A model generated the notes under the pieces. The model was given only the letters and a program-made list of their open reading frames with translations, was not told the origin of the DNA and made no database searches. From Dehalococcoidia bacterium (lineage in GTDB: Bacteria; Chloroflexota; Dehalococcoidia; GIF9; AB-539-J10), in assembly GCA_030610855.1 (NCBI GenBank), contig JAUWQY010000003.1, positions 9,743 through 73,742 of the forward strand: DNA of 64,000 nucleotides, written 5' to 3'. The translations under genes were made by a program, and so were the position numbers. This document shows, one piece after another, positions 25,280 to 37,574 of this stretch (its first letter is position 1; every line of letters begins with the position of its first letter).

Positions 25280-25675
25280 CTAGCGCTTCGTGTATTGTGG
25301 TGCCTTGCGAGCTCGCTTGAGTCCGTATTTCTTGCGTTCTTTGACTCTGGCATCTCGAGTAAGCAAGCCTTCTTTGCGCAGAATGGGCTTAAAGAGCTCA
25401 TTCTCTTTCACGAGGGCTCGAGCAATGCCGTGACGGATGGCTTCAGCCTGGCTACTGAGACCGCCGCCATTCACTTTTGCTGTGACGCGAAATCTGCCCG
25501 TAGTATCCGTGGATAGAAAGGGATGCTCGATCTTGCGGCGATGCTCAAGGCGAGAGAAAGCCTCTTGATAGGGCTTATCATTGACTACGATCTCCCCCTT
25601 GCCGGAGAAAAGCCTAACCTGTGCTATGGCACATTTGCGTCTACCTGTTCCCCAAATGTAAGTTTCCTCGCTCAT
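25280..25675 (-). CDS. rpsI: 30S ribosomal protein S9
   Basis: GTGRRK...ARKAPQYTKR. Confidence 0.98.
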   Translation of the reverse strand: MSEETYIWGTGRRKCAIAQVRLFSGKGEIVVNDKPYQEAFSRLEHRRKIEHPFLSTDTTGRFRVTAKVNGGGLSSQAEAIRHGIARALVKENELFKPILRKEGLLTRDARVKERKKYGLKRARKAPQYTKR

Positions 25676-25681
25676 AAGTTA

Positions 25682-26218
25682 TCACCTTGCCTTTGGTAAT
25701 ATTTCGCTTTCATCGCGTTTATCCTCAGCGTCACAACGTTCCTTCCCTTCCCTTCGTCCAAGGTCAGAATGACAGGGGGCGAAAAGTTCAGCGCCAGGGC
25801 GGCAGAGGGAAGCCTGAGCCTGGTGGGGATGCTCGTTTCCAGCGTAAACCTTCAGTTTCTTAAACATAGCTCTGCCTAGACTATTGTGAGGCAACATGCC
25901 CTTAACCGCAAGTTCAACGACGCGGACGGGGTTTTGACTGAAAAGCTCCTTAAAGCTCGGGCTCTTCAAGCCACCGGGATATCCAGAGTGTCTATAGTAA
26001 ATCTTCTGTTCCGCTTTCCTGCCAGTCACCCTCACTTGGGCGGCATTGACCATTACAACGTAGTCACCGGTATCAATATGAGGGGCATACATTGGCTTAT
26101 GTTTTCCCATGAGTAAATGAGCTACCCGTGCCGCCATTCTTCCCAAGGTCTTGTCCGCGGCATCAATCACCCACCACTCTCGCTTGATATCTTTAGCTCT
26201 AGGGCTATAAGTCTTCAT
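25682..26218 (-). CDS. rplM: 50S ribosomal protein L13 with C-terminal extension
   Basis: [24 protein letters not shown]. Confidence 0.97.
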   Translation of the reverse strand: MKTYSPRAKDIKREWWVIDAADKTLGRMAARVAHLLMGKHKPMYAPHIDTGDYVVMVNAAQVRVTGRKAEQKIYYRHSGYPGGLKSPSFKELFSQNPVRVVELAVKGMLPHNSLGRAMFKKLKVYAGNEHPHQAQASLCRPGAELFAPCHSDLGRREGKERCDAEDKRDESEILPKAR

Positions 26219-26220
26219 CT

Positions 26221-27006
26221 CTAGCTTCCCAAAGGTGCAGGATAGTTGACATTCATAAGGTATAAGCCACACGGAGGAGACAGAGGACCGGCCAGACCCA
26301 GACTCCTCGCCTCCATTATATCACGAAAGTCCGGAACGCCTATCTTCCCTCGGCCCAATTTGGTGAGAAGACCTACGGTGCTACGTACCTGGTGAGGCAA
26401 AAAGGAACTAGCCACGATGCGAAAAACGGTGAAGTCGCCCGTTCTTTCGACTCCCGCTTCATGAACGTTGCGAAACGTGCTCCTGCTATCATCCAGAGCA
26501 CTGGCAAAGGAGGCAAAATCATGCTCACCTTGGATAAGCTGGCAGGCCTCATTCATCGTCTCTATGTCCAGCATTCTAGGCATGAACAGAGCAAATCTCT
26601 GGCTAAACGGCGATCGCGTATTGCTATTAAGAATACGATAATGGTACTCCCGGCTCAGAGCATGACGTCGGACGTTGAAATCATCCCTAGCCCTGTAGGC
26701 TGCTTTCACCGCGATATCTCCAGGTAAATAATGGTTCAGTGCTCTAACTAGCGTCATGGTATCCAATGCAGATTTCGCCCAGAAGCTCGCCACTTGCCCT
26801 TTGGCGTGTACGCCGGTATCAGTTCTACTAGCTGCCATAACTCGGCTGCTTCGCCCACAGAATTGCCTTAGAGCTTGCTCAAGCTCACCTTGAACAGTAG
26901 GCAAGCCGACCTGCCATTGAAAGCCGTGATACTGCGTGCCGTCATATTCTACGAGCAAAATGTACTTACTTAACCAGCTCAATTTGAACCATAGGCGCAC
27001 TATCAC
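26221..27006 (-). CDS. truA: tRNA pseudouridine(38-40) synthase (start uncertain)
   Basis: [19 protein letters not shown]. Confidence 0.95.
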   Translation of the reverse strand: MIVRLWFKLSWLSKYILLVEYDGTQYHGFQWQVGLPTVQGELEQALRQFCGRSSRVMAASRTDTGVHAKGQVASFWAKSALDTMTLVRALNHYLPGDIAVKAAYRARDDFNVRRHALSREYHYRILNSNTRSPFSQRFALFMPRMLDIETMNEACQLIQGEHDFASFASALDDSRSTFRNVHEAGVERTGDFTVFRIVASSFLPHQVRSTVGLLTKLGRGKIGVPDFRDIMEARSLGLAGPLSPPCGLYLMNVNYPAPLGS

Positions 27007-27319
27007 CAGGGCGAGGTCCTAGCTTTAGCAGTCTTGTATAACCTCCGTTACGATTGGCATAGCTCGGAGCAATCTCCGCAAATAGCTTGTCAACCACCCT
27101 CTTACCGGTAACAAAGGATAAGGCCTCCCGCCTGGAGGCAAGGCTCCCGTCCTTACCTAAAGTAATCATCTTCTCCGCCAAACTGCGGACCTCTTTGGCT
27201 TTGGCTTCAGTGGTGACGATTCTTTCGTGAGTCAGAAGCGCCGTAACCTGATTTCGGTATAGCGCCCACCTGTGCCCTGTGGACCTATTCAGTTTCCGTC
27301 CTGCTAACTTGTGTCTCAT
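26966..27319 (-). CDS. rplQ: 50S ribosomal protein L17
   Basis: MRHK..GRKLNR, GGYTR. Confidence 0.98.
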   Translation of the reverse strand: MRHKLAGRKLNRSTGHRWALYRNQVTALLTHERIVTTEAKAKEVRSLAEKMITLGKDGSLASRREALSFVTGKRVVDKLFAEIAPSYANRNGGYTRLLKLGPRPGDSAPMVQIELVK

Positions 27320-28236
27320 TCCTCCTTCTTCTTAAGAGCAGGAGAGCCTGGCTTTGCCAGCAGCTCCTCCACTTCTGCTCGAGACTTCTCCCCCAGACCG
27401 GGCAAAGGCGGCAAACCATCCCTGCCTTTCTCTATCAATTGTCCCAAAGTGAGAATGCCCGCCCTCTTCAAGCTATTATAGGAACGAGTCGATAGATTCA
27501 GTTCTTCCAGAGGAGTATCATATTGCTCGGGCAAAACGCCCAGATCTTCTGCCATGGGAACTTCAAGTTCCCTGATGGAGGAGAATTGGTTGATCAAGAT
27601 GGTAGCACTCTGAGTGAGCGCCTCCCAGGGGGGAATCGTGGCGTCGGTCCAGATTTCCAGGGTGAGCCTTTCCTGGCTCGCTTCTTGGCCGGGCCTGATG
27701 GATTCTACAGAGAAATTGACTTTCCGCACCGGGGTGAAGATGGCGTCTATTGCCAGAGCTCCAGCCGGCAGACCATCGGTCGACTTAGCGGGCACATAGC
27801 CTTTTCCTAACTCCACGTTAAGCTCGACGTAAAGTCTAGCCTTAGGGGAGTCAAGAGCAGCTAGATAAAGCTCAGGATTGGCAATGCGAAAGTCAGTCGA
27901 CGGCTTAATATCGCCGGCACAGACCTTGCCTTCCCCCTCTACCTCCAGGGTCAACTGTCCGGGTTGATGGGAGAGAGCGTAGAGTCTGAGCTGCCTGATA
28001 TTCATCAAGAACTCCATAGCATCCTCTTTCACATAGGGAATGGGACAGAACTCATGCTGAATTCCTTCGATCTTGACCCATGTTACCGCAGCACCATAGA
28101 GAGAACTGAGAAGCATACGTCGCAGGGCATTGCCCAAAGTGGTACCGAAACCTGGCTCCAGAGGTTCAGCAAGAAAACGACCATGATTGCTGGTACCTTC
28201 AACACAACTTACAGTGGGGATAGACAATCCGGACAT
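27316..28236 (-). CDS. rpoA: RNA polymerase alpha subunit
   Basis: [32 protein letters not shown]. Confidence 0.98.
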   Translation of the reverse strand: MSGLSIPTVSCVEGTSNHGRFLAEPLEPGFGTTLGNALRRMLLSSLYGAAVTWVKIEGIQHEFCPIPYVKEDAMEFLMNIRQLRLYALSHQPGQLTLEVEGEGKVCAGDIKPSTDFRIANPELYLAALDSPKARLYVELNVELGKGYVPAKSTDGLPAGALAIDAIFTPVRKVNFSVESIRPGQEASQERLTLEIWTDATIPPWEALTQSATILINQFSSIRELEVPMAEDLGVLPEQYDTPLEELNLSTRSYNSLKRAGILTLGQLIEKGRDGLPPLPGLGEKSRAEVEELLAKPGSPALKKKEE

Positions 28237-28239
28237 AGC

Positions 28240-28872
28240 TCACCTCGAGTAGTATTCAACGACAGCTTTCTCGTTGAATCCAGCTTCAATGTCTTCCTTG
28301 GCCGGCAGATTCACTACTCTGCCTGTCATGCTTTCTTTGTCCAGGCTTAGCCAATTAGGGATGAGTTTTCCCTCAACCTCCTCAGCTACCCTCTTATAGT
28401 ACTCGGTCTTTGTACTGGCATCCCGCCACTTTATGATGTCTCCCGCTTTCACTAGAAAGGAAGGGATATCTGTTTTCTGTCCATTGACAGTTAGGTGGCC
28501 ATGCCCGGCTATCTGTCTGGCTTGGGCCCGAGAATCAGCAAAGCCCAGGCGATAAACCACGTTATCCAATCTTCTTTCCAGCAAAATGAGAAGGTTTTCT
28601 CCGGTGGTACTTGGTCCCTTCTTCGCCTCAACAAAAAACCTGCGAAATTGTCGCTCCAGAACACCATAGCTAAAGCGAACCTTCTGCTTTTCCCGCAGTT
28701 GGAGTCCGCGATCGGAAATAACGGTGCGCCCTCGGCGCCGAGAACGCCCGCCAGGAGGAACACTTCTCTTCTCTAAAGGGCATTTAGGTGTAGCGCACCT
28801 CTCGCCCTTGAGCATCAACTTGTCTCCAAAGCGCCGACATAGGCGACAGACCGGACCTGTGTAACGCGCCAT
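28240..28872 (-). CDS. rpsD: 30S ribosomal protein S4 (zinc type)
   Basis: [25 protein letters not shown]. Confidence 0.98.
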   Translation of the reverse strand: MARYTGPVCRLCRRFGDKLMLKGERCATPKCPLEKRSVPPGGRSRRRGRTVISDRGLQLREKQKVRFSYGVLERQFRRFFVEAKKGPSTTGENLLILLERRLDNVVYRLGFADSRAQARQIAGHGHLTVNGQKTDIPSFLVKAGDIIKWRDASTKTEYYKRVAEEVEGKLIPNWLSLDKESMTGRVVNLPAKEDIEAGFNEKAVVEYYSR

Positions 28873-28873
28873 T

Positions 28874-29257
28874 TTATACTCTTCTCCTCCCTCGCGGTCG
28901 GCAGCCATTATGGGGAATGGGTGTCACGTCTCTGATGGCAGTGACAATAATCCCGGAAGCCTGCAAAGCACGAATCGCTGCTTCGCGTCCGCTACCCGGG
29001 CCTTTAACGTATACTTCGACTCGGCGCATGCCATCACCCGTTGCCCGGTGTGCCGCGTCTCTGGCGGCTAACTGGGCAGCGTAAGCGGTGCCTTTCCTGG
29101 AACCCTTGAATCCGGCACTACCGGAACTCCCCCAGGCGATAACATTGCCCTGCATGTCAGTAATGGTAATGCTTGTGTTATTGAAAGTGGACTGGATATA
29201 AGCCTTGCCTTCACTAACCTTTCTATGGGCCTTGCGAATCTTCTTCTTCTTTGGCAT
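28874..29257 (-). CDS. rpsK: 30S ribosomal protein S11
   Basis: [17 protein letters not shown]. Confidence 0.98.
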   Translation of the reverse strand: MPKKKKIRKAHRKVSEGKAYIQSTFNNTSITITDMQGNVIAWGSSGSAGFKGSRKGTAYAAQLAARDAAHRATGDGMRRVEVYVKGPGSGREAAIRALQASGIIVTAIRDVTPIPHNGCRPRGRRRV

Positions 29258-29275
29258 TTTATGAAAACGCGCCCC

Positions 29276-29665
29276 TTACTTCTTAGCTATGCCACGTCGC
29301 TGCCCTCGACCGGCCACTGTCTTCCTGGGCCCTCTTTTTGTCCGGGCGTTTGTACGTGTTCTCTGCCCGTGAACTGGCAACCTCATGCGGTGTCTTGTGC
29401 CCCGATAGCAGCCAATCTCAATGAGGCGCTTTATGTCAGATTGAACATCTCTCCTGAGATCGCCCTCCACCCTATGCTCTTTATCAATGACGTCTCGGAT
29501 TCGGGCAACTTGTTCTTCACTGAGGTCCTTAACTCTAATGCCAGGATCGGTGCCGGTGGCAGCCAGAATGCGCTGACTTGATGTAATACCGATGCCGTAG
29601 ATGCGCTGAAGGGCTACCCCAACGGGCTTATCCTTAGGAAGGTCTATACTAGCAATGCGTGCCAT
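29276..29665 (-). CDS. rpsM: 30S ribosomal protein S13
   Basis: [18 protein letters not shown]. Confidence 0.98.
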   Translation of the reverse strand: MARIASIDLPKDKPVGVALQRIYGIGITSSQRILAATGTDPGIRVKDLSEEQVARIRDVIDKEHRVEGDLRRDVQSDIKRLIEIGCYRGTRHRMRLPVHGQRTRTNARTKRGPRKTVAGRGQRRGIAKK

Positions 29666-29774
29666 TATCTATCCCTCAATCCTCAATGCCTGAGCCCTAA
29701 TCTCCGAATGCGAAACCCCTCCGATCATACAACAGCAGTCAGGATTTCGATTCTTATGTCTAGGGTCACTCATT

Positions 29775-29888
29775 CTATCCCTGCCTCTGTTTGTGTTTTG
29801 GATTCTCACAAATAACCCTGACCACACCTTCTCGCCTGACAACTTTGCATTTCCTGCATATGGGTTTAACCGAAGCTCTTACTTTCAT
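29775..29888 (-). CDS. rpmJ: 50S ribosomal protein L36
   Basis: Manually translated [37 protein letters not shown]. Confidence 0.97.
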   Translation of the reverse strand: MKVRASVKPICRKCKVVRREGVVRVICENPKHKQRQG

Positions 29889-29947
29889 CTTCCGTTACGA
29901 TAGAGACAAACCCTGTTATGATAAACCTTATTGCTCAGCCTGTCAAA

Positions 29948-30166
29948 CTACTTGAGTCGATAAGTCACCCTGCCCCGGCTCAGATCATAGGGGGAGAGTT
30001 CCACCAGAACTCTATCTCCGGGCAAGATCTTGATATAGTGCTTTCTCATCTTGCCGGAAATATGGGCCAGTACTTTATGTCCATTTGCCAATTCGACACG
30101 AAACATGGTGTTAGGCAAAACCGTCATCACTTTGCCTTCGACTTCTATTCTTTCCTTCTTAGCCAT
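29948..30166 (-). CDS. infA: Translation initiation factor IF-1
   Basis: [19 protein letters not shown]. Confidence 0.98.
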   Translation of the reverse strand: MAKKERIEVEGKVMTVLPNTMFRVELANGHKVLAHISGKMRKHYIKILPGDRVLVELSPYDLSRGRVTYRLK

Positions 30167-30180
30167 TCTCTAGCTCATAC

Positions 30181-30918
30181 TCAAACAAGTATCTCAGCTT
30201 CATTGTCGCTTATGGCAACCGTGTGTTCAAAATGCGCCGAAAGACTACCGTCGGCAGTCAGTACTGTCCAGTGGTTGGGTGCCAGTTTCGTGTGCCAGTC
30301 TCCGGCATTAACCATAGGCTCTATAGCAAGAGTCATGCCTCTGCGGAGCAAGGGACCCTCTCCCACCACGAAATTGGGTATTTGCGGCTCTTCATGAAGA
30401 TCCCGACCAACTCCGTGCCCTGTGTATTCTCTAACTACAGAGAATCCTCTCGATTCAACGTAATGTTGAATCGCAGATGCGATATCATCTACCGATGCCT
30501 CGCTTATAGCTCGAGCGATGCCTGACCTCAGACTACCTTCTGTAGCCGAGATGAGTTCCTCGGCCTTACTGTTTATCCGTCCCAGGCCTATAGTTATGGC
30601 GGCATCGGTATGAAGGCCATTAAGCCTTGCTCCTACATCGAGAGAGACGATGTCTCCTTCTTCCAGTATTCGCTCACCGGGGATACCGTGAACTATCTCA
30701 TCATTTACAGAAACACATAAACTGGCAGGGAAGCCGCGATAATTCTTGAAAGAAGGTACGACACCCCGCTTTGCGGATTCTTCGGCCATGATTTCATCTA
30801 ACCGGCTAGTCCTAATCCCGGGCCTCACTTCTGTTCTTAGTTTGTCTAAGATACCGGCGAGGATTTTGCCACACTTTCGCATGATAATTACTTCCTCATC
30901 AGATTTTATGATTATCAT
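30181..30918 (-). CDS. map: Methionine aminopeptidase type I
   Basis: SVNDEIVHGIP, GHGVG, SAHFEHT. Confidence 0.97.
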   Translation of the reverse strand: MIIIKSDEEVIIMRKCGKILAGILDKLRTEVRPGIRTSRLDEIMAEESAKRGVVPSFKNYRGFPASLCVSVNDEIVHGIPGERILEEGDIVSLDVGARLNGLHTDAAITIGLGRINSKAEELISATEGSLRSGIARAISEASVDDIASAIQHYVESRGFSVVREYTGHGVGRDLHEEPQIPNFVVGEGPLLRRGMTLAIEPMVNAGDWHTKLAPNHWTVLTADGSLSAHFEHTVAISDNEAEILV

Positions 30919-30973
30919 CTATTCTATCCTTGCTTACCTCTGATGTCATTCCGGTGAAGCACCTCGGCTTCGC

Positions 30974-31630
30974 TCAGGCCGGCAAGGACGCTTTGAGTGC
31001 AGAGATTATCTCGCTAGCTACCGCCTGTATTCCCAGGTTCCCGTTGACCCTGCTCAGCTTGTTCTGTTCCTCATAATAATCAAGGATGGGAGCAGTCTCA
31101 GTAAAGAAAACAGTCAGTCGGTCCCTTACTGTTTCCTGCCTGTCATCAGAGCGCTGATACAGTTCACCGCCGCATTTATCGCATCTGCCCGGCGTCTCAG
31201 GCGGCGAGTTTATCGCGTGATACGGCGTCTGACAGACCCGGCAAAGCCATCTGCCACTGAGGCGTTTGATCAGCTCCTCATCGGGGACTTCGATGTATAT
31301 TGCTTTATCGACACGTTTTCCTTGCTCCTCGAGGGCCCTGTCCAGAACTTCAGCCTGATGCAGGGTCCGTGGAAAGCCGTCCAAAATGCAGCCAGAGGCG
31401 CAGTCAGGCCGACCGAGTCTTTGCAGAATCATCTCTATGGTTATGTCATCGGGAGCTAGCAACCCCTTATCCATGTAGCTCTTAGCCGCGAGGCCAGGCC
31501 TGGTACCTTCCTCTAATGCCTGACGAAGCAGATCGCCCGAAGCTATGCGAGGCGAACCTATCTCCCGAGAGAGAATGTCTGCTTGAGTTCCCTTTCCTGC
31601 CCCCGGAGCGCCTAGCATGATGATGTACAT
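30974..31630 (-). CDS. adk: Adenylate kinase
   Basis: GAPGAGKGTQ, LDGFPR, zinc lid. Confidence 0.97.
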   Translation of the reverse strand: MYIIMLGAPGAGKGTQADILSREIGSPRIASGDLLRQALEEGTRPGLAAKSYMDKGLLAPDDITIEMILQRLGRPDCASGCILDGFPRTLHQAEVLDRALEEQGKRVDKAIYIEVPDEELIKRLSGRWLCRVCQTPYHAINSPPETPGRCDKCGGELYQRSDDRQETVRDRLTVFFTETAPILDYYEEQNKLSRVNGNLGIQAVASEIISALKASLPA

Positions 31631-32928
31631 TACTTCAGGAACCCCTCGTAGCGGCGCATGGTTAGCTGAGCCTCCAGTTGCTTCATGGTATCGAGAGCCA
31701 CACCAACGGCAATAAGCAGGGCGGTACTCTGGAGCACTAGCACCTCGACGCGGGTGATTTGTGCCACAACGAAGGGCATAATTGCTACCATAGCGAGGAA
31801 CAGGGCGCCACCAAAGGTAATGCGTTTTATGACCCTGTTCAGGTAATCGGCCGTTGTCTTGCCGGGCCGAACACCGGGGATGAAGCCGCTTTGCTGTTGC
31901 AGGGTCTGAGCCAGGTGCATCTGCTCAAATATGGTCAGGGTGTAGAAGAAAGCGAAACCAATCACCAGGGCGAAGTACAATCCCTGGTAGACCAGTGTAT
32001 CGGCCTGGAATATCTGAGACATTCTATTCCAGAAATTCGGATCCTGCTCTGGGCCCATGAGGAAGCTAGCGATAGTGCCGGGAAATTGCATTATGGCCAG
32101 GGCGAAGATAATAGGTATCATACCGGCGGTATTTACTCGCAGCGGTATGTAAGTTGACCCCGACTGGCGATACATGCGACCGCCGCGATAAGTGCTCCGG
32201 GCATACTGCACAGGAATGCGGCGATGGGCCTCAATGAATATGACTATAAGCACCAAGGTGGCTAAGCTGAGTATAATGAAGGCGGTGAGGCCCTCTGGGT
32301 CTCGGGCGGCTATGAAGCCGCGGCCAATCATCTCGGGCAGGCCGGCAAGGATGCCACCGAAGATTATTATCGATATTCCGTTCCCTATACCGCGCTCGGT
32401 GATCAACTCGCCTAGCCAGACAAGGAACATTGTGCCGGCGACCATTGTTATCACTATGCTGGCTGTGGTCAACGGAGCGAGCTCGATAGTAACGCCCTGG
32501 ACGCGTAGTATCGTGAGTATGCCGTAGCCTTGGAGGGCGGCCAAAGGCGCGGTCAGCAGGTGGGTGATCCGATTGATCTTCTGGCGACCAAGCTCCCCCT
32601 CTTGAGACATGGCTTGAAGCCTGGGGATTACCGGGACCAGCAATTGCATGATAATGGAAGAAGTGATATAGGGATAGATGCCCGTAGCAATGATACTGAA
32701 ACTCGACATAGCCCCGCCGCTAAAGAGGTCAATCATGCCGAAGAGGAGATTCTGCCCGAAGAATGCCTGCAATTTATCCAGATCCACTCCGGGCAAGGGA
32801 ACGTGGGCCAAGAAGCGAAAGACGACCAACATTCCGAGCGTAAAGAGGATCTTTCGCCTCAGATCAGGCAGTGTCCATATGTCCATCATTGCCTGGACGA
32901 GGCGGGGTTGGGTTCTTTTGCGCTGCAT
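31630..32928 (-). CDS. secY: Preprotein translocase SecY
   Basis: GIYPYITSSII, GIGNGIS, FIPGVRPG. Confidence 0.98.
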   Translation of the reverse strand: MQRKRTQPRLVQAMMDIWTLPDLRRKILFTLGMLVVFRFLAHVPLPGVDLDKLQAFFGQNLLFGMIDLFSGGAMSSFSIIATGIYPYITSSIIMQLLVPVIPRLQAMSQEGELGRQKINRITHLLTAPLAALQGYGILTILRVQGVTIELAPLTTASIVITMVAGTMFLVWLGELITERGIGNGISIIIFGGILAGLPEMIGRGFIAARDPEGLTAFIILSLATLVLIVIFIEAHRRIPVQYARSTYRGGRMYRQSGSTYIPLRVNTAGMIPIIFALAIMQFPGTIASFLMGPEQDPNFWNRMSQIFQADTLVYQGLYFALVIGFAFFYTLTIFEQMHLAQTLQQQSGFIPGVRPGKTTADYLNRVIKRITFGGALFLAMVAIMPFVVAQITRVEVLVLQSTALLIAVGVALDTMKQLEAQLTMRRYEGFLK

Positions 32929-32929
32929 T

Positions 32930-33373
32930 CTAAGCCTGTTCTATCTTCCCTCCGGCAGCAAGGATTTTTTTCTCCGCCGATGAGGAGAACTTGTCAGCCG
33001 TAACGACTAACGGATGCTTGATTTCGCCCTGGCCGAGGATTTTGGTCGGGCGGTCGAGAGTGCCGATCAATCCTGCCCGGAGCAATTCCTTGGGGGCTAC
33101 CTCAGTTCCCGGTGGGAAAATGGTTAACTTTCCCACGTTGACAAGGCTATATTCAATCTTGAATATGTTAGTGAATCCTCTCTTTCGCGGGAGCCGCTGT
33201 ATCAAAGGCAACTGGCCCCCTTCAAAGCCAAGGCGCACGCCACCGCCAGAGCGGGCTTTTTGTCCTTTGCAGCCTCGCCCTGAATAGGTGCCGTGCCCGC
33301 TGCCATCTCCTCGCCCTACGCGTTTTCTCTTATGCTTAGCGCCTGTAGGGGGCCTCAGTTCATTCTGTTTCAT
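32930..33373 (-). CDS. rplO: 50S ribosomal protein L15
   Basis: [16 protein letters not shown]. Confidence 0.98.
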   Translation of the reverse strand: MKQNELRPPTGAKHKRKRVGRGDGSGHGTYSGRGCKGQKARSGGGVRLGFEGGQLPLIQRLPRKRGFTNIFKIEYSLVNVGKLTIFPPGTEVAPKELLRAGLIGTLDRPTKILGQGEIKHPLVVTADKFSSSAEKKILAAGGKIEQA

Positions 33374-33899
33374 CTGTCTTTTCTTCCTGAGCTTCAGCAT
33401 TCATCTGAATCGGTTCTTCGCTTTGCCTCAAGTTAGCCAGGGCAAGCATCGTTGCTTTCGCTACGTTGATCTTGCTCCGTCCACCCATTGATTTGCCAAG
33501 GATATCTTTTATGCCTGCCAGTTCAAGCAGGGCTCGAGAAGTCCTGTTGACAATTAACCCTGTGCCGGGCGCCGCTGGCTTGAAGAAGACCCTGGACGCG
33601 CCAAACTTGGCCACGATTTCATGAGGGATAGTACCGTCCCTGACCGGCACCTTGATCATCTCTTTCCTCGCCATAGCACCTGCCTTGCGAATTGCCTCAG
33701 GAACCGCAGCTGCCTTAGCTGAGCCAAATCCGACATTCCCCTGGCCATCGCCAACTACCACTGAGGCCCTGAATCGAAGGTGTCTACCACCCTTAACCAC
33801 TTTAGTTACACGGTCGATGCCCAGCAGTTTGTCCTGGAGAGTCATGTCTGAGGCGTCGACTCTGGTCTTCTTCGTTCTTACTTTAGTAACTGCTTTCAT
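33360..33899 (-). CDS. rpsE: 30S ribosomal protein S5
   Basis: [17 protein letters not shown]. Confidence 0.98.
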   Translation of the reverse strand: MKAVTKVRTKKTRVDASDMTLQDKLLGIDRVTKVVKGGRHLRFRASVVVGDGQGNVGFGSAKAAAVPEAIRKAGAMARKEMIKVPVRDGTIPHEIVAKFGASRVFFKPAAPGTGLIVNRTSRALLELAGIKDILGKSMGGRSKINVAKATMLALANLRQSEEPIQMNAEAQEEKTDETE

Positions 33900-33909
33900 T
33901 AGCTCGCTC

Positions 33910-34284
33910 TCAAAACTCCAATCCGGCTTTCCTAGCAGCCTCGGCTAAAGCCTTAACTCTGCCGTGGTATTTGTGGCCGCCACGGTCAAAAACCACCTCT
34001 TTGATTCCTCTATTCAGCGCTTCCTCCGCAAGCAGGGTTCCCACTATTTCCGCCTTTCTGCTTTTTCCCGCTGTATCGGTCTGGCCTCTCACTTGAGAGT
34101 CAAGAGTGCTCATTGAGACCAGAGTCCGGGCCGCAGAATCATCAATGAGTTGGGCGTAGATGTGATTCAAGCTGCGGAAGACACATAATCGAGGTCGCGA
34201 CGCTGCGCCCATCACCTTTCGCCTCACCCGTCTGTGGCGGATCATTCTGATTGTCTTTGAATCTTTTCTGCTCATTACGATCAC
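33910..34284 (-). CDS. rplR: 50S ribosomal protein L18
   Basis: [20 protein letters not shown]. Confidence 0.98.
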   Translation of the reverse strand: MIVMSRKDSKTIRMIRHRRVRRKVMGAASRPRLCVFRSLNHIYAQLIDDSAARTLVSMSTLDSQVRGQTDTAGKSRKAEIVGTLLAEEALNRGIKEVVFDRGGHKYHGRVKALAEAARKAGLEF

Positions 34285-34832
34285 TACTTCTTGGTTCTCT
34301 TGCCCGCCTTGCCGGGCTTAAGATGTAGCTCCTCTTCAGAGTATTTGATGCCCTTTCCTTTGTAAGAATCGGCAGGGCGTATCGCTCGAATTCTAGCGGC
34401 TACTTCCCCGACTGCTTCTTTGTCAATACCGGCGACGCGAATCCGATTTGTCCCTTCAATGCTTATGTTAATGCCGGAAGGAGGCGAAAACTCTACGGTA
34501 TTGGCGTATCCTACCTGAAGCAGAAGCTTATCGCCACTCTTCTGTGCCCTGTAGCCTACGCCATTCACCTCCAGGATCTTCTCAAAACCTTCGTTCACCC
34601 CTCTAACCATGTTCGCCAGGAGGCTACGAGTCAGCCCATGTAAAGAACGATGAATCTTGCTGTCGGTTGGTCGAGTTACAATCAAGTGCCCGTTCTTTAA
34701 AGCGATAGAAATGTCGGGGTGAAACCGACGGTGGAGTTCTCCCTTACTACCTTTGACCGCAACTTCGCTCCCGTTAATCCTCACCTCGGTACCTTGAGGC
34801 ACAGCAATGGGAAGTAAGCCAATACGAGACAT
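34284..34832 (-). CDS. rplF: 50S ribosomal protein L6
   Basis: [19 protein letters not shown]. Confidence 0.98.
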   Translation of the reverse strand: MSRIGLLPIAVPQGTEVRINGSEVAVKGSKGELHRRFHPDISIALKNGHLIVTRPTDSKIHRSLHGLTRSLLANMVRGVNEGFEKILEVNGVGYRAQKSGDKLLLQVGYANTVEFSPPSGINISIEGTNRIRVAGIDKEAVGEVAARIRAIRPADSYKGKGIKYSEEELHLKPGKAGKRTKK

Positions 34833-34854
34833 AATCTATAGCTCCTCAGTCAAC

Positions 34855-35250
34855 TCACCACACATAACACAGAATCTCACCGCCGAGATGTTGCCGCCAC
34901 GCCTCCTGGCCGGTCATGATGCCTTTAGGTGTAGATAGAATTGCAGTGCCTAAGCCACCATAGACGCGAGGAATCCTGCGCCTTTCCACATACACGCGTA
35001 GTCCCGGCTTACTCACCCTTTCCAAACCCAAGATTGCAGGCTGGTTATCCGTGTATTTGAGGTGGATCTTTATCATCGACTCCGGTTTTCCTTTCAGTAC
35101 TTCATAACGGTCGACAAAACCCTCTTCCTTAAGTATTTTTGCGAGAGAGAGCTTCATCTGAGAAGAAGGTACAAGCACACCGTCATGACCTGCCATGAGG
35201 GCATTCCGTATCCGGGTCAACATATCAGCAATCGGATCGGTAACTGTCAT
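34855..35250 (-). CDS. rpsH: 30S ribosomal protein S8
   Basis: [13 protein letters not shown]. Confidence 0.98.
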   Translation of the reverse strand: MTVTDPIADMLTRIRNALMAGHDGVLVPSSQMKLSLAKILKEEGFVDRYEVLKGKPESMIKIHLKYTDNQPAILGLERVSKPGLRVYVERRRIPRVYGGLGTAILSTPKGIMTGQEAWRQHLGGEILCYVW

Positions 35251-35255
35251 TTATC

Positions 35256-35441
35256 TCACCAACTTGACTTTCTTACCCCGGGGATTACGCCCGTTACAGC
35301 GAGTTCCCGGAAGCAGATGCGGCACATGCCGAATCTACGCATATAGGCACGCGGTCTACCGCATAACTGGCAACGATTACGTTGCTGTACCTTGTACTTC
35401 GGCGGTCGTCTTGACTTAACAATCCTGGATAACTTCGCCAT
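35256..35441 (-). CDS. rpsN: 30S ribosomal protein S14 type Z
   Basis: [16 protein letters not shown]. Confidence 0.97.
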   Translation of the reverse strand: MAKLSRIVKSRRPPKYKVQQRNRCQLCGRPRAYMRRFGMCRICFRELAVTGVIPGVRKSSW

Positions 35442-35442
35442 A

Positions 35443-35994
35443 TCAAGTTCTCCTGAAAGGCATACCCATTAGTTCCAACATGGTCATCGCTTCATTATCG
35501 TTCTTGGCCGTAGTAACAATGGTTACCTCGAGTCCGCGAACCTTATCTATTTTGTCGTAGTCGATCTCAGTGAAGACAGCCTGTTCTTTGATACCCAGAC
35601 TGTAATTTCCTCGACCATCGAAAGAATCCCGTGATACTCCGCGGAAATCTCGAAACCTGGGTAGAACGACACTAACGAGTTTGTCAAAGAAATCGTACAT
35701 CCGTCTACCTCGCAATGTAACCATCATCCCGATAGGCATGCCAGCCCTCAGCTTAAAAGAGGCGATAGGCTTTTTCGCCTTTGTCGTCACCGGATGTTGC
35801 CCCGAGATTGCAGCCAAATCCCTCTCGGCTGCTTCAAGAGCCTTGGCATCCTGTATGGCTTCGCCCAGGCCAATGCTAAGCACGATTTTTCTCAACTTGG
35901 GCAGCTGCATTATGTTGTCATAGCCCAGTCTAGCTTTGAGCTGGGGAGCTACCTCGGTCGAGTATTTCTCTGCCAAACGAGATTTCATAATCAA
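35443..35994 (-). CDS. rplE: 50S ribosomal protein L5
   Basis: [15 protein letters not shown]. Confidence 0.98.
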   Translation of the reverse strand: MIMKSRLAEKYSTEVAPQLKARLGYDNIMQLPKLRKIVLSIGLGEAIQDAKALEAAERDLAAISGQHPVTTKAKKPIASFKLRAGMPIGMMVTLRGRRMYDFFDKLVSVVLPRFRDFRGVSRDSFDGRGNYSLGIKEQAVFTEIDYDKIDKVRGLEVTIVTTAKNDNEAMTMLELMGMPFRRT

Positions 35995-35999
35995 AACTC

Positions 36000-36311
36000 T
36001 TAGTCAATCACTTCTTGACATGAATTGCAAATCCGCACCTTTTTGCCATCGGCCAGAAAACGGTAACCGACTCGAGTACGTTTGCTGCATTTGTTGCATA
36101 ACAGCATTACGTTGGACAGCTGGATTGGAGCTTCAAGCTCAATTATACCCGCCTGGCGGGCAGCTCTGCGGGCTCGAGAATGTCGCTTAATCATATTGAG
36201 CCCTTCCACTATCACCTTGTCGTCCCTGGGGAAGGCACGGCGCACCTTTCCGCTCTTTCCCCTGTCCTTGCCGGCGATTATGATCACAGTATCATTTCTT
36301 CTGATTTTCAT
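36000..36311 (-). CDS. rplX: 50S ribosomal protein L24
   Basis: [18 protein letters not shown]. Confidence 0.98.
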   Translation of the reverse strand: MKIRRNDTVIIIAGKDRGKSGKVRRAFPRDDKVIVEGLNMIKRHSRARRAARQAGIIELEAPIQLSNVMLLCNKCSKRTRVGYRFLADGKKVRICNSCQEVID

Positions 36312-36312
36312 C

Positions 36313-36678
36313 TTAAAGAACCTCCGGGGCCAGGGATATTATCTTGGTGAAGTTCTTGTCTCTAAGTTCTCGGGCCACAGGACCAAAGATGCGACTGCCT
36401 TTGGGGTTATTCTTGTCGCCGAGAAGGACCGCGGCATTCTCATCGAATCTGATATAGGAACCATCAGGACGGCGATAGGGCTTAGCCACACGTACAATCA
36501 CAGCCCGCACTACCTCTCCCTTCTTTACCATTCCATTGGGCATGGCCCGCTTCACCGTAGCCACAATAATGTCGCCTATGCGGGCATATTTCCTTGCCCC
36601 AACAAGCACATTAATGCACATAACCTGCTTGGCCCCGGTGTTATCGGCTATCTTGAGTCTGGTTTGAGCCTGAATCAT
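36313..36678 (-). CDS. rplN: 50S ribosomal protein L14
   Basis: ADNTGAK, SLAPEVL. Confidence 0.98.
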   Translation of the reverse strand: MIQAQTRLKIADNTGAKQVMCINVLVGARKYARIGDIIVATVKRAMPNGMVKKGEVVRAVIVRVAKPYRRPDGSYIRFDENAAVLLGDKNNPKGSRIFGPVARELRDKNFTKIISLAPEVL

Positions 36679-36962
36679 TCCTTCTGCTCTGGTCCGGTTT
36701 CAACCATTTCCTTCTTAGGCACTATCTCTGTTACTCGCCATCTCTTATCCCTGGACAAGGGACGAGTTTCGACAATCTTAACTTTATCTCCCATCTTGCA
36801 GGCATTCTTAGCGTCATGGACCTTATACTTCTTAGTAACTCTGATGGCTTTCTTGTAGAGCGGGTGGACTTTCCTGGTTTCTACAGTCACCACCACGGTC
36901 TTGTCCATCTTGTCACTGACCACTAGACCTTCTCTAACCTTTCTCTTCCCGGGATAACTCAT
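36675..36962 (-). CDS. rpsQ: 30S ribosomal protein S17
   Basis: [15 protein letters not shown]. Confidence 0.98.
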   Translation of the reverse strand: MSYPGKRKVREGLVVSDKMDKTVVVTVETRKVHPLYKKAIRVTKKYKVHDAKNACKMGDKVKIVETRPLSRDKRWRVTEIVPKKEMVETGPEQKE

Positions 36963-37159
36963 CTTATTATGTCAAGCTCTCTTTCTCTTAAAATAGTCTC
37001 TATTCTGGCAATCCTTCTCTTCACTCTCGGAATCTCCCGATGATTCTCCAATTGCCTGGTGGCCAGGCGAAAACGGAGGTTAAAGAGCTCCTCATGAGCC
37101 TCTTCGAGCTTCGTTACTAGCTCTTCGTTGGTCAAAACGCGAATCTCGCTAGCCTTCAA
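36959..37159 (-). CDS. rpmC: 50S ribosomal protein L29
   Basis: [15 protein letters not shown]; TTG start. Confidence 0.96.
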   Translation of the reverse strand: MKASEIRVLTNEELVTKLEEAHEELFNLRFRLATRQLENHREIPRVKRRIARIETILRERELDIIR

Positions 37160-37574
37160 CTTTCTGCCTTTCCCTCGTGACAAAACTGATGGCTATAGGA
37201 AGCTTGTAGGAGGCGGAATGAGCCGCCTCTGAAGCCGCGTCTTCTTTTACGCCAGCCAATTCAAACAAGATTCTGCCGCGCTTAACTACGGATACCCAGT
37301 GATCCGGAGCGCCTTTCCCGCCGCCCATCCTCGTTTCCGCAGGCTTCCTGGTCACTACTTTGTCCGGGAAGACTCTTATCCACAGCTTACCACCGCGATG
37401 CAGATGGCGCACAAGCACGCGGCGGGTTGCTTCAATCTGTCGCGCTGTTACCCAAGCGGATTCCTCAGCCCTCAGTCCGAAGTCACCAAAGGCAATTGTA
37501 TCCCCACTTTGGGCACTGCCTTTCAGTCTTCCTTTATGCACTTTGCGATACTTCGTTCGTTTCGGCTGTAGCAC
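37149..37574 (-). CDS. rplP: 50S ribosomal protein L16
   Basis: [17 protein letters not shown]. Confidence 0.98.
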   Translation of the reverse strand: MLQPKRTKYRKVHKGRLKGSAQSGDTIAFGDFGLRAEESAWVTARQIEATRRVLVRHLHRGGKLWIRVFPDKVVTRKPAETRMGGGKGAPDHWVSVVKRGRILFELAGVKEDAASEAAHSASYKLPIAISFVTRERQKVEG

